A stretch of 51,334 nt of DNA from Verrucomicrobiota bacterium (GTDB taxonomy: Bacteria; Verrucomicrobiota; Verrucomicrobiia; Limisphaerales; SXQI01). Below, in pieces: positions 37,422 to 47,462 of the stretch. Numbering within the stretch: position 1 is the stretch's first letter; each line of letters begins with the position of its first letter. The stretch lies in assembly GCA_033762115.1 (NCBI GenBank), contig JANRLX010000020.1, positions 1 through 51,334 of the forward strand, given 5' to 3'. The notes under the pieces are model-generated. The model worked only from the letters and a program-made list of their open reading frames with translations, searched no databases and had not been told where the DNA came from. The position numbers and the translations under genes were made by a program.

Positions 37422-37883
37422 ATGTTGAAGCATTTCACCGGCGTATTTCTGGGGGCACTTGTGCTTTACGTTTTGCTCTTTTCCTGCGATGCCCATCTCC
37501 GCAGCCGGAAAGGCCCATGGGAAGTTACGTTCCAGACAAATAATTTTGGCAATCCTGCCCTGCTGGTCAATCAACACAGCCTGGGAGTGACAAATCTCCA
37601 AATCATCCTGGAAGGCGAAACAGCAACCAATCAGCTGCCGCAAACAATTCAATTTACCAACCCGCGTCTCCAGCCACCATTCGGGCGGGTGCGATTTCAT
37701 GACCTGACTTACCTTCCTGGAACGCTAACTTTCGATCTTTACGGGCATGAGGTCGAACTGCTTCCTCGCGCACTTTTCCTCAATCTGAAGGAGTTCCAAT
37801 GGGGCAACAGTAATTTCTACGTTCTAAAACAAACGGATAAAATTCCCGGATTAAAGGACCGTGACCGTAAAGGGCGCCGATGA
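37422..37883 (+). CDS. Hypothetical membrane-anchored protein
   Basis: 153-aa ORF with N-terminal TM segment; fills the gap between uvrA and the convergent ligD-like gene. Confidence 0.7.
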   Translation: MLKHFTGVFLGALVLYVLLFSCDAHLRSRKGPWEVTFQTNNFGNPALLVNQHSLGVTNLQIILEGETATNQLPQTIQFTNPRLQPPFGRVRFHDLTYLPGTLTFDLYGHEVELLPRALFLNLKEFQWGNSNFYVLKQTDKIPGLKDRDRKGRR

Positions 37884-39443
37884 TTAGCTTCGATTGCTTT
37901 TCCACTGGGCATCATTGTCCAGAGTAATCTGCTCCAGTGAACGTTTGGTTAAAACAGAACGATCATCTTCCCTGGGTGTCAGCGGAGTCATTGATTCTCC
38001 CGCCTTGATCAGGAACCAACTTTGCTTTTCCGAGTCCTGTTTCCAGCCGCGAACCAAAATCCATTCACCTTTCAGCTTTTTTCCTTTCAGGATCATGTGC
38101 AGCTTTCCTTTGGAATAATCACCATCAGTAATCTGGTAAGTTCCAATATCCCAAACCATCACCGTCCCTGCACCATAATTTCCTTTCGGAATTGTCCCCT
38201 CAAAGCGCGCGTAACTCATGGGATGATCCTCGACATGCATTGCCAGGCGCTTTTCTCCCTTTGCATATGGAGGCCCCTTGGGGACTGCCCAGGATTTCAA
38301 AACCCCCTCCATCTCCAATCGAAAATCATAATGCAAATGACTTGCACGATGCTTCTGAATCACAAACATCGGTTTGCTTGCGGATCTCTTTGTTTGAACG
38401 GTGGCTGAAGGTTCGGCTGTCTGGGTGAAATCACGTTTCGCTTGATATGCCTTTAAGCTGCGATCCCCCACCCCTTTCATTCGAGAGGTCGAAGCTTGAC
38501 TAAAAATTGGCTTAACTGCCGGCATTTTATCCAGAGACTTTGGCAGTTGTTGCTTTTCCTTCAACACTGGAGCAAACAGGTCTCCCTTTTCCTCAACTCT
38601 TTTGATTGCTTCCTCCGGCTCATAATAAAAGCAATTCGTGTCTTTGCCGTTCAGCGCAGATTCCACTTCCTCCCAGGTCAACGGAATCGACACATAAGGT
38701 GTTTCCTGTTTTGCCCGCAGGGAATACACAGCAACGGTGGTTTTAAATTCTGAGTTCTGGCTCCAATCAATGAACACTTTTCCTGTCCGAAGTTCTTTCG
38801 CCATTTTCGACACGATCAGTTCTGGTCGTGCATTTTCAAGATGTTGCGCCAACGCCAGCGCAAACGGTTGTGTCTGCTCATAACTCGTTTTGCGATTAAT
38901 CGGCACATAAAGCTGCAGTCCTTTTGATCCGGATGATTTGACCCATGATTGGAGATCAAATGTGGCGAGAAGGTCGCGGAGGAGTAGAGCCACTTCAGCG
39001 CATTGGATCACATTCGCTGGCGGACCTGGGTCAAGATCGAAAACAATTGCGGAGGGTTGCTGAATTTTTGGGGCCTTTGCCAGGAACACATGCATCTCAA
39101 GACTCGCAAGGTTGGCTGCCCACACCAGTGATGGAAGGTCATTCACCAAAACATAATGAATATCCTCGCCGCCATTTTTTCGCGGAACAGCGGCTGTTTT
39201 TACCCAGGAAGGTTTATGATCAGGCGCGTCCTTTTCATAAAAATGCTGCCCTGAAACCCCATTCGGATATCTTTTCAAGGTTAATGGCCTTTTTTGGAGG
39301 TGAGGCAGAATGAATTGCGACATTCGGATGTAATAGTCGATGACCTGTCCCTTCGTAAACTGGTTATCCTGGTATAGAACCTTTTCGAGATTGCTTACTT
39401 TGACTCTCCTTCCAGCGATTTCCAATGTGCTGCTTTGTGCCAT
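37884..39443 (-). CDS. LigD-like protein: primase-polymerase domain + 3'-phosphoesterase domain, no ligase domain
   Basis: SNLEKVLY, KRYPNG, VFDLDPG, SGSKGLQ, FIDWSQN, YSLRA (Pol); YQAKRDF, FVIQKHRASHLHYDFRLE, SWAVPKGP, VEDHP, YGAGTVMVWD (PE). Confidence 0.9.
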   Translation of the reverse strand: MAQSSTLEIAGRRVKVSNLEKVLYQDNQFTKGQVIDYYIRMSQFILPHLQKRPLTLKRYPNGVSGQHFYEKDAPDHKPSWVKTAAVPRKNGGEDIHYVLVNDLPSLVWAANLASLEMHVFLAKAPKIQQPSAIVFDLDPGPPANVIQCAEVALLLRDLLATFDLQSWVKSSGSKGLQLYVPINRKTSYEQTQPFALALAQHLENARPELIVSKMAKELRTGKVFIDWSQNSEFKTTVAVYSLRAKQETPYVSIPLTWEEVESALNGKDTNCFYYEPEEAIKRVEEKGDLFAPVLKEKQQLPKSLDKMPAVKPIFSQASTSRMKGVGDRSLKAYQAKRDFTQTAEPSATVQTKRSASKPMFVIQKHRASHLHYDFRLEMEGVLKSWAVPKGPPYAKGEKRLAMHVEDHPMSYARFEGTIPKGNYGAGTVMVWDIGTYQITDGDYSKGKLHMILKGKKLKGEWILVRGWKQDSEKQSWFLIKAGESMTPLTPREDDRSVLTKRSLEQITLDNDAQWKSNRS

Positions 39444-40048
39444 TAGTTTTTGGCAAGTTTTGCCAGGTTCAACTTGGTGGAAGGAGAAATATCTGCCTTG
39501 AGAACAGTCGCCATTTGTTTAAGTGCGGAATCATTCTCCTCCTGACTATTGGAAACCACACAATCTTTTGGGACAATCAGTCGGAAATCACGCATATAAG
39601 CGTCATTGGCCGTAAACAAGACGCAATTATTTCCCGCTATTCCTGTAAGAACGAGGGTCTTCACCCCCAAATGTTCCAGCAACAGGTCCAATGTGGTGGA
39701 ATAGAACCCGGAATGCTTCGGCTTGAGAACGAAATAATCCTTCTCGCTGTCTGGTCGCAGCTTGCGGACAAGAAAGCGACCTCGGGATCTTTTTCCCAGG
39801 CAATGCTGGATCAGTTTTCGAAAATCAGACTGCCATCGCCCAAAGTTATCATTCACATAGATCACCGGAACCCCTGAGTTTCGCGCCTGCGTCCTTAGCC
39901 CGACGATTCGATCAGCCATTACTTTTGCACGTTCAGCCATTTTCGCCCCCTGATCAAAATCCAAATCATTAATCACATCAATCAGGAGCAGGGCAACAGA
40001 TGAATGTTGCGGGTTCTCCCCGGAGACATTTTTAGGATTAGTTGGCAT
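39443..40048 (-). CDS. Isochorismatase-family cysteine hydrolase
   Basis: ALLLIDVINDL, YVNDNFG, LKPKHSGFY, GIAGNNCVLFTANDAYMR; stop overlaps the ligD-like start. Confidence 0.92.
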   Translation of the reverse strand: MPTNPKNVSGENPQHSSVALLLIDVINDLDFDQGAKMAERAKVMADRIVGLRTQARNSGVPVIYVNDNFGRWQSDFRKLIQHCLGKRSRGRFLVRKLRPDSEKDYFVLKPKHSGFYSTTLDLLLEHLGVKTLVLTGIAGNNCVLFTANDAYMRDFRLIVPKDCVVSNSQEENDSALKQMATVLKADISPSTKLNLAKLAKN

Positions 40049-40115
40049 GAACCTCTCGTGCCAGCATAGCTGAGAGGAAACATGGGAATATCGGGGAAAG
40101 CCCCGAAATGGAAAC

Positions 40116-41990
40116 TTACTTCTTCATCGCAGGTGATGTGGGCGACCAGGCTTTCATGCTGATTCCTTCCTGGTTTCCGGAAACGGCATAGACAGAGAAG
40201 TTGAAGTATTTGGAAATCTGGCCAAACGGTGGAAGCAACGAAAAATCAAACCATTCTTTGATGACTTTTTGCTGCTCCTCAGGCGATTTTTTGCTGCCTG
40301 CAGACATAAACCAGAGTGAGACCCCGTTTGGATCCTGCCGGAACGTCTCAATGGTTGCTCGAGCCATTTCGAAATCATTTTCATATCCAAACCACCCTGT
40401 TTGCAAACCGCCGACTTTTTGCGCAGCATCCGCAAAACCTTCCTTTTCACGTAATGATTTCACCGGCGTTTCACCAGCACGCAACGATTCTTCCAAAACC
40501 GCAGAATCAGTTGAGAACAGCAGGTAACCTCCACTTGAAACGACTTCAAAAGCTCCTGGTTTCATCTCTCCCGTCGTGGTCATGCTCATTGTCGGAATTG
40601 AAATCACTTTTTTGCCTAGCAGTTCACGATCCTTGGCAGGACCATTGACGATTGGCTCGGGCAGCAGACTGGACACCACCTTGACAGCATTTAGGAGTTG
40701 GTCTGCATTGGGAGACCCCACCATTCCGAGGGATGGTGCATTTTGCAATGCCTCGGCAGTGAGTTGGCGAGGCGCTTTTTCATAGCTGATAAAATCATCT
40801 CCAAGATTGCCGATCAAATTCTTCTTCAGGTCGAATTCAGGATCTTTGTCCTTGCCTGCTGAAGAAAGCATCAGTTGCAACATTCCGCTATAAGTCGGAT
40901 TCATCTTGCTGAGAATATTCTCCAGGTTTGCCCAGGCCGCCTGAAAATCGAAGCGCACCCGTTTAAAGGTTACTGCTTCCACCGGAATGATCGGCAGCGG
41001 TCCCGCTTCTTTTGGAGCGGGTGTTAACATCTTCAAAAGCCCTTCCCGTTTTGCTTCAGGTGCATTGATAATACCCTCTACAAATGTTCCATTGCCATCC
41101 ATTGCTGCTTTAAAAGCTATTGAGTTTAAGCTTTTAATGCCGAGGGCGGTCAGGATTTTATCAGGGCTCATTCCCTGTTCGACCGCACCCGGTGGTAATT
41201 CTGCGGAAGAAACGAGAGAAATGAGCGGCGCCAGATTAACCCAGCCATAGTAAATCGCATCTTTGAACAAATTCGCATTGGCCTGGTATGGGGCCTGGTC
41301 ACCCAGTGTGGTAACCACTCCGCCGCCATGCTTGGCGACAACTTTCTCCAAGTCGCGGGTATTATTCGCAATCAACAGCAGGCTATCAACCTGACCCACT
41401 GTGAGCTGGTGCTTCTTCGGTTCAGCTTTCTCCTCCTCTTCTTCCTTCGAGGTCGGCCCAGGAAACGCTTTCTTCACGAGCGCATCGATTTGCTCGCCCG
41501 TAAATGTGATGGTGCTGAACTCAATATCGCGAATTTTGTCTGTTCGAACCTGGTATCCTCCTTCGTTCCATTGTTTCCGAAGCGCGGTTAAATTCGTGCG
41601 CAACATCTCTTTTTTGTCCCGGGAATCAAGCAGAAGGATAAAACCAAACGAGCTTTTGTCTTCACCTGCGGGGGGAGTCGCGGCGATTGCGAATTCCCCT
41701 TGAAGCAATTCAAGGTAATCGGAATAGCGAATCCCCAGTTGTTGCTGCAGCGGGTCAAGCATATCAGCCTGCAATTTTTTCAAAAACTTTTCCTTGAACG
41801 GTTTGATTGCCGGATCAGCCCAAAGCTGTCCCGCAGGGGATTGGTCAAAATTGCTTTTCGCCGTGGAAAAATCACGGGTTCCGATGATGGCCCAGGTGTC
41901 GGCAGGGAAAAGTTGTTCTGCCGTGGCTGCCGCCACAAGCGTGATCGGCAAGGTTACCAGGCAGGCCAGAAAAGAAAAAAATCGTTTCAT
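40116..41990 (-). CDS. Exported hypothetical protein (DUF3352-like)
   Basis: Signal peptide MKRFFSFLACLVTLPITLVAA, EQLFPADT, GEFAIA; about 620 aa. Start placed at ATG 41990. Confidence 0.7.
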   Translation of the reverse strand: MKRFFSFLACLVTLPITLVAAATAEQLFPADTWAIIGTRDFSTAKSNFDQSPAGQLWADPAIKPFKEKFLKKLQADMLDPLQQQLGIRYSDYLELLQGEFAIAATPPAGEDKSSFGFILLLDSRDKKEMLRTNLTALRKQWNEGGYQVRTDKIRDIEFSTITFTGEQIDALVKKAFPGPTSKEEEEEKAEPKKHQLTVGQVDSLLLIANNTRDLEKVVAKHGGGVVTTLGDQAPYQANANLFKDAIYYGWVNLAPLISLVSSAELPPGAVEQGMSPDKILTALGIKSLNSIAFKAAMDGNGTFVEGIINAPEAKREGLLKMLTPAPKEAGPLPIIPVEAVTFKRVRFDFQAAWANLENILSKMNPTYSGMLQLMLSSAGKDKDPEFDLKKNLIGNLGDDFISYEKAPRQLTAEALQNAPSLGMVGSPNADQLLNAVKVVSSLLPEPIVNGPAKDRELLGKKVISIPTMSMTTTGEMKPGAFEVVSSGGYLLFSTDSAVLEESLRAGETPVKSLREKEGFADAAQKVGGLQTGWFGYENDFEMARATIETFRQDPNGVSLWFMSAGSKKSPEEQQKVIKEWFDFSLLPPFGQISKYFNFSVYAVSGNQEGISMKAWSPTSPAMKK

Positions 41991-42398
41991 CGGAAAATTT
42001 TGGAATAGTGTATAAATTACCTGTCTTTCCTCATAATTCAATCACGCCCTTTCACGGGTGTGACTGTACTTGCCGTTGCGCCTTTGGCGGTTCTGCTGCA
42101 GTTCTGACGTGTAACCGTCCTTGCTATTGGTTTGCGAAAGATACATGCCAACAAGCCTGGATTTATTCAAATCCTGCTGGCCGGAGGAGAAAATCCGCCC
42201 CCATATTTTGCCCAAACCAGAAAATAATTTCATGATTTGGGGCATTTCGCCAGAGTGTTCCCCAATAAACAAGCCCATTTACTCAGTTTTCATCTGCAAA
42301 CAGGCTGCACTCTGTTAATTCATGTACGATTTAAGTTGTATCTTTTTTAATCAATTTCAAAATCACACCACGATTCAAAAGAGCAAAGAATCACTGAA

Positions 42399-43823
42399 AT
42401 GGGACATGATGTCGTAACACCCACCCCCTGGATGATTTTGCCATTCATCGCTCTCCTTGCGATGATAGCACTGGGTCCGCTCGCTTTTCCCAAATGGTGG
42501 CATCACCATTATCCAAAAGTCGCGATCGGATTGGGCCTGATCACAATCAGTTATTATCTTTTTGGCCTACATGCGACCACCCGTGTGTTCCACGTTGCCC
42601 ATGAATATGTCAGCTTCATTGCCATCATAGGATCTCTCTATGTCATCGCGGGAGGCATCCACATCAATGTAAAAGGGGAAGCCACCCCAGGCGCCAACGT
42701 TGTGTTTTTATTCCTGGGAGCCGCGCTTGCAAACGTGATTGGAACCACTGGCGCTTCAATGCTGTTGATTCGTCCCTGGATTCGGATGAACAAGTATCGA
42801 ATCACAGCATATCACATAGTGTTCTTTATTTTCCTGATCTCGAATCTCGGCGGCTGCCTCACTCCGATTGGTGACCCCCCCTTGTTTATCGGTTACCTTA
42901 AAGGAGTTCCATTCTGGTGGGTCGCCCAAAGTTGCTGGCCCATGTGGCTGACAGCAATCGGTAGTTTATTGGTTATTTTCTTTGCTCTCGATTATCGGAA
43001 TTACCTGAAGGCCCCTAAAGCGGTTCGACGCGCATTGGCTGAGCCGGAGGACACCTGGCAGTTCCAGGGCATGCGAAACGTTTTTTTCCTCGCCTTGGTC
43101 CTGATGGCGGTTTTTATCCAGAACCCCATTTTCCTGCGTGAAGGCATAATGATCGGTGCAGCGATTGCATCATATTTTTTGACAAAAAAGGAAGTGCATC
43201 ACGCGAACGATTTTAATTTTGCGCCCCTTAAGGAAGTCGTTCTGCTCTTTATCGGGATTTTCGCCACCATGATCCCTGCCCTGGATTGGCTTGAAAAAAA
43301 TTCTTCGCATCTCACCAATGCCACACCCGGCTTGTTTTATTGGGCCTGCGGCCTGCTTTCCGCATTCCTGGATAATGCGCCCACATATTACAGTTTTCTC
43401 ACTGCCATTTTCGGTTTGTTCGTTAGCGATGCCACCATTCAGCAGGTGCAGGCATTGATCGCCAGTTCCGGAGACCTTGCCACGGTTACGGGGCCACAGG
43501 CCGAGCAGATCAAAGGAACTTACATGGCTCTGAAACTTTTTCATCCCGATAGCCTGGCAGGAGGGAAAGTCTCGATGGAACAAATTCAAGTGGCTTATCT
43601 TCTTGGCAACACCCAGGCCGCCCGCTACCTCCTTGCCATCAGCCTCGGAGCTGTCTTTTTTGGCGCGATGACTTATATTGGAAACGGACCGAACTTCATG
43701 GTTAAATCCATTGCGGAATCGAACAAGGTGCATGTCCCCACTTTTTTTGGGTATCTGTTTAAGTTCGCAGTCCCTTACCTCCTTCCCGTTCTGGTGCTTG
43801 TCTGGTTGCTGTTTCTCAGATGA
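42399..43823 (+). CDS. Ion-transporter superfamily permease (putative Na+/H+ antiporter, NhaD/CitMHS-like)
   Basis: IGTTGASMLLIRP, SNLGGCLTPIGDPPL, SAFLDNAPTY, GAMTYIGNGPNFMVKSIAE. Confidence 0.85.
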   Translation: MGHDVVTPTPWMILPFIALLAMIALGPLAFPKWWHHHYPKVAIGLGLITISYYLFGLHATTRVFHVAHEYVSFIAIIGSLYVIAGGIHINVKGEATPGANVVFLFLGAALANVIGTTGASMLLIRPWIRMNKYRITAYHIVFFIFLISNLGGCLTPIGDPPLFIGYLKGVPFWWVAQSCWPMWLTAIGSLLVIFFALDYRNYLKAPKAVRRALAEPEDTWQFQGMRNVFFLALVLMAVFIQNPIFLREGIMIGAAIASYFLTKKEVHHANDFNFAPLKEVVLLFIGIFATMIPALDWLEKNSSHLTNATPGLFYWACGLLSAFLDNAPTYYSFLTAIFGLFVSDATIQQVQALIASSGDLATVTGPQAEQIKGTYMALKLFHPDSLAGGKVSMEQIQVAYLLGNTQAARYLLAISLGAVFFGAMTYIGNGPNFMVKSIAESNKVHVPTFFGYLFKFAVPYLLPVLVLVWLLFLR

Positions 43824-43894
43824 GTATTTCAGCTTTCTTCAAAATTTAGCTCGTCAAACCGTGCTTTTGAGGGCACAAACACACCTTTTATCTG

Positions 43895-45436
43895 ATGAAC
43901 GAACAGATCGTCATCCTTGATTTCGGATCGCAATACACACAGGTCATTGCCCGGCGGATTCGTGAGTGCAACGTCTATTCGACGATCCTTCGCTACGACA
44001 CTCCTGCAGCCGAAATTGCCGAGCTAAAACCCAGTGGAATCATTCTTTCCGGCGGCCCTTCCAGTGTTTATTCCTCGACAGCGCCACTTCCGGACAAGGC
44101 CATTTTCAGTTTGAAGGTGCCTATTTTGGGGATTTGTTACGGAATTCAAATCATGGCCCAGTTTCTCGGCGGAAGCGTTGAACCAGGCCAAAAACGGGAA
44201 TATGGCAAAGGGACTTTATCCATTCAGGACAAAAGCTGCCAACTTTTCGCCAGTCTCCCGGCAGAACTGCAAATCTGGAATTCGCATGCAGATAAATTGA
44301 CCAAAATGCCCAAAGGGTTCGAAGTCGTTGCTGTCTCAGATAATTCAGCCTACGCAGCGATTGAGCATCGTGCCCGCAGATTGTTTGGCATTCAATTTCA
44401 TCCTGAGGTGGTTCATACCCCTCGCGGCAAGGAGATCATCAGCAACTTCGTTCATCGTATCTGCGGGTGTGGCAAAGACTGGACAATGCGGCATTACGCT
44501 GACCAGGCCGTGGAGGAAATTCGGGCCCAGGTTGGAAACGAGCATGTCATCCTGGGATTGAGCGGTGGGGTGGATTCCAGTGTCGCAGCGGCGCTGATTC
44601 ATAAGGCCATTGGAGACCAGCTGACTTGTATTTTTGTGAACAATGGACTGCTTCGCGCTCGCGAGGAAAATATTGTCCAGGAAGTTTTTGGCAAGCATTT
44701 CAAAATCAAGCTTCAGTACGAGGATGCTGCGAAAGTTTTCCTCGGGAAATTAAAGGGAGTTACAGATCCCGAGCGAAAAAGAAAAATCATTGGCAAAACT
44801 TTTATTGAAGTTTTTCAAGCCGCCACGAAACGGGCTGGCAAAGCGAGGTTCCTTGCACAGGGCACACTTTACCCGGACGTAATCGAATCAGTGCCGATTG
44901 CAGGAAATCCCGCTGCGCTGATTAAAAGTCATCACAATGTCGGCGGTTTGCCCAAAAATATGAAGTTCAAGTTGATTGAACCTCTAAAACATCTTTTTAA
45001 GGATGAGGTTCGCCAACTGGGATTGGAACTTGGGCTTCCTCAGGAGATTGTATACCGACAGCCGTTTCCCGGCCCTGGACTTGCCGTCCGCATTCTTGGG
45101 GAAGTCACCCCGGCTCGCTGCTCGATCCTGCGCAATGCTGACACAATCGTTGTCGAAGAAATGAAAACCAGCGGTTGGTATTACAAAATCTGGCAAAGTT
45201 TTGCTGTGCTGCTTCCGGTACGAAGCGTGGGAGTCATGGGAGATGAACGTACTTACGATTATACGATTGCCATTCGTGCTGTCGAATCGCAGGACGGAAT
45301 GACAGCAGACTGGGTCAAGCTGCCTTACGAAATTCTCGAACGGCTCTCCTCGCGGATCATTAACGAGGTCAAGGGAGTAAACCGCGTGTGCTTCGATATT
45401 TCCAGCAAGCCTCCCGCCACGATTGAGTGGGAGTAG
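43895..45436 (+). CDS. guaA: GMP synthase (glutamine-hydrolysing)
   Basis: [56 protein letters not shown]. Confidence 0.98.
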   Translation: MNEQIVILDFGSQYTQVIARRIRECNVYSTILRYDTPAAEIAELKPSGIILSGGPSSVYSSTAPLPDKAIFSLKVPILGICYGIQIMAQFLGGSVEPGQKREYGKGTLSIQDKSCQLFASLPAELQIWNSHADKLTKMPKGFEVVAVSDNSAYAAIEHRARRLFGIQFHPEVVHTPRGKEIISNFVHRICGCGKDWTMRHYADQAVEEIRAQVGNEHVILGLSGGVDSSVAAALIHKAIGDQLTCIFVNNGLLRAREENIVQEVFGKHFKIKLQYEDAAKVFLGKLKGVTDPERKRKIIGKTFIEVFQAATKRAGKARFLAQGTLYPDVIESVPIAGNPAALIKSHHNVGGLPKNMKFKLIEPLKHLFKDEVRQLGLELGLPQEIVYRQPFPGPGLAVRILGEVTPARCSILRNADTIVVEEMKTSGWYYKIWQSFAVLLPVRSVGVMGDERTYDYTIAIRAVESQDGMTADWVKLPYEILERLSSRIINEVKGVNRVCFDISSKPPATIEWE

Positions 45437-45458
45437 AACCTTCCCACATTACTCAGCT

Positions 45459-46238
45459 TTAAAGCCTGCGGAGGTGAAAGCCTCCGTCAACATTGATCAC
45501 TTCCCCTGTGCTGAAGGGAAACCGCTCCTCGGCGATTGCAGCCACCGCCTGACCTACATCTTTTGGCGTGCCCCAGCGCGCCAGTGGGGTCAATCCTTCC
45601 TTGATCAGGCGATCATATTTATCCTGCACGCCCGCTGTCATATCGGTGGCAACAATTCCAGGTCGCACTTCAAACACCTGGATACCCAATTCCGCCAGGC
45701 GTGTGGCAAATAACGGAGTGAGCATGCTCAACGCCGCTTTGGAAATGCAATAATCCCCGCGATTGATTGAAGCCGTATACGCGCTTACCGAACTGATGGT
45801 GACAATTTTCGGTTTCCTGGTTCCAGGTTCTTCCTGCGCTTGCCGGATCATCCACTTGGCAGCTTCCTGCGTCAAAAAATAGGGCGCCTTGACATTAATA
45901 TTTATTAAACGATCAAAACTCTCTTCACTGCTTTCCAGTAAATCCGTACGAATTTGCGGTGCAACACCCGCATTATTCACGAGAATGTCCAGTCGATTGA
46001 ATTTTTCACGCGTGAATTGCAGCAGGGCCATGCGCTCAGCTCGATTGGAAATATCGGCGCGAAATGGTAACGCGACACAGGCCGAATCGACCTCGTTTGC
46101 CATCCGGATCGTTTCCTCGGCAGCGGCGGCGTTCGCTTGAAAATTGATGATCAGGTTGAAACCAGCCCGGGCAAGCTCAATTGCAATTCCTCGCCCGATG
46201 CCCCGGGATGCGCCCGTGATAAGAGCGGCTTGCCGCAT
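45459..46238 (-). CDS. SDR family oxidoreductase (3-ketoacyl-ACP reductase-like)
   Basis: TGASRGIG, VNNAG, YCISK, VRPG, VDGG. Confidence 0.92.
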   Translation of the reverse strand: MRQAALITGASRGIGRGIAIELARAGFNLIINFQANAAAAEETIRMANEVDSACVALPFRADISNRAERMALLQFTREKFNRLDILVNNAGVAPQIRTDLLESSEESFDRLININVKAPYFLTQEAAKWMIRQAQEEPGTRKPKIVTISSVSAYTASINRGDYCISKAALSMLTPLFATRLAELGIQVFEVRPGIVATDMTAGVQDKYDRLIKEGLTPLARWGTPKDVGQAVAAIAEERFPFSTGEVINVDGGFHLRRL

Positions 46239-46241
46239 GGA

Positions 46242-47450
46242 TCAAACTTCGAGAAGCATCCGGGTTGGATTTTCCACCGCCTCCTTGACTCGCTTGAGGA
46301 AAGTCACAGCTTCCCGCCCATCCACAATGCGATGGTCGTAGGTCAACGCAATGTACATCATCGGCCTGATCACCACCTGTCCGTGTAATGCGATGGGCCG
46401 TTCCTGGATATTGTGCATTCCAAGAATCCCGCTTTGGGGAGGGTTGATAATCGGCGTGGATAAAAGAGAACCGTAAACCCCACCATTGCTGATGGTAAAT
46501 GTGCCGCCCTGAAGCTCCTCAAGCTTGATCTTGTTTTCCTTGGCCCGCTTGCCGAGATCGGCAATAGCCAGTTCGATCTCAGAGAAACTGAGCCGCTCTG
46601 CATTGCGAATCACGGGAACGACCAAACCCTTCCCTCCACCAACCGCCACTCCGATATCAAAATAACGGTGGTATACAATATCTGTTCCGCGTATTTCCGC
46701 ATTTACCTGGGGCACCTGCTTCAAGGCATCCACCACCGCTTTGACGAAGAAGGACATGAAACCAAGTTTGACTCCATATCGTGCCACAAACGCCTCTTGA
46801 AATTCCTTTCGCAGGGCCATGCAGGCGGACATATCCACTTCGTTGAAGGTGGTTAATAATGCGGCGGTCTGCTGCGCCTCCACCAATCGTTGCGCCAATG
46901 TTCGCCGCAGGCGGCTCATCGGCACCACTTCATCGTTGCGGGCGGCTGCGCCATTGGACTGGAAAGTTGACTCTTGCGGTGCAGGTTGCGGAGTTGCTTG
47001 TGGGGCGGGTTTTGACTCAGTTCTGGCTTCCGCAGCCTTTAAAACATCCTCTTTTAAGACGCGTCCTCCAGGACCGGTGGGGGTGACCTGCTCGACCTTG
47101 ACCCCCTGCTCCGCCATTACCCGCTCTGCTGCCGGCATGATCTTTGCCGGGGCAGCTGCCGCTTGGGCAGGCGCAGGCTTTTCCTTTTTGGGAGCAGGCC
47201 CGGAAACCTTTGCTTCGGTATCAATTTGGCCGATTAATTCACCAATCGTTGCAGTGGCTCCTTTGGTTTTGAGGATTTTTCCCAGGACTCCTGCAGCGGG
47301 CGCAGGCAATTCCATCGTCGCCTTTTCAGTTTCGATGATGACAATGTTCTCATCTTTTGCCACTGAATCACCTTCGTTCTTCAGCCATTGGCCAATCTCC
47401 ACTTCAGTAATGGATTCGCCAACCGCCGGGACTTTGATTTCCACTTGCAT
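46242..47450 (-). CDS. sucB: 2-oxoglutarate dehydrogenase E2, dihydrolipoamide succinyltransferase
   Basis: Lipoyl domain IETEKA, E3-binding [27 protein letters not shown]. Confidence 0.96.
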   Translation of the reverse strand: MQVEIKVPAVGESITEVEIGQWLKNEGDSVAKDENIVIIETEKATMELPAPAAGVLGKILKTKGATATIGELIGQIDTEAKVSGPAPKKEKPAPAQAAAAPAKIMPAAERVMAEQGVKVEQVTPTGPGGRVLKEDVLKAAEARTESKPAPQATPQPAPQESTFQSNGAAARNDEVVPMSRLRRTLAQRLVEAQQTAALLTTFNEVDMSACMALRKEFQEAFVARYGVKLGFMSFFVKAVVDALKQVPQVNAEIRGTDIVYHRYFDIGVAVGGGKGLVVPVIRNAERLSFSEIELAIADLGKRAKENKIKLEELQGGTFTISNGGVYGSLLSTPIINPPQSGILGMHNIQERPIALHGQVVIRPMMYIALTYDHRIVDGREAVTFLKRVKEAVENPTRMLLEV

Positions 47451-47462
47451 CTGTTTTTTGTA

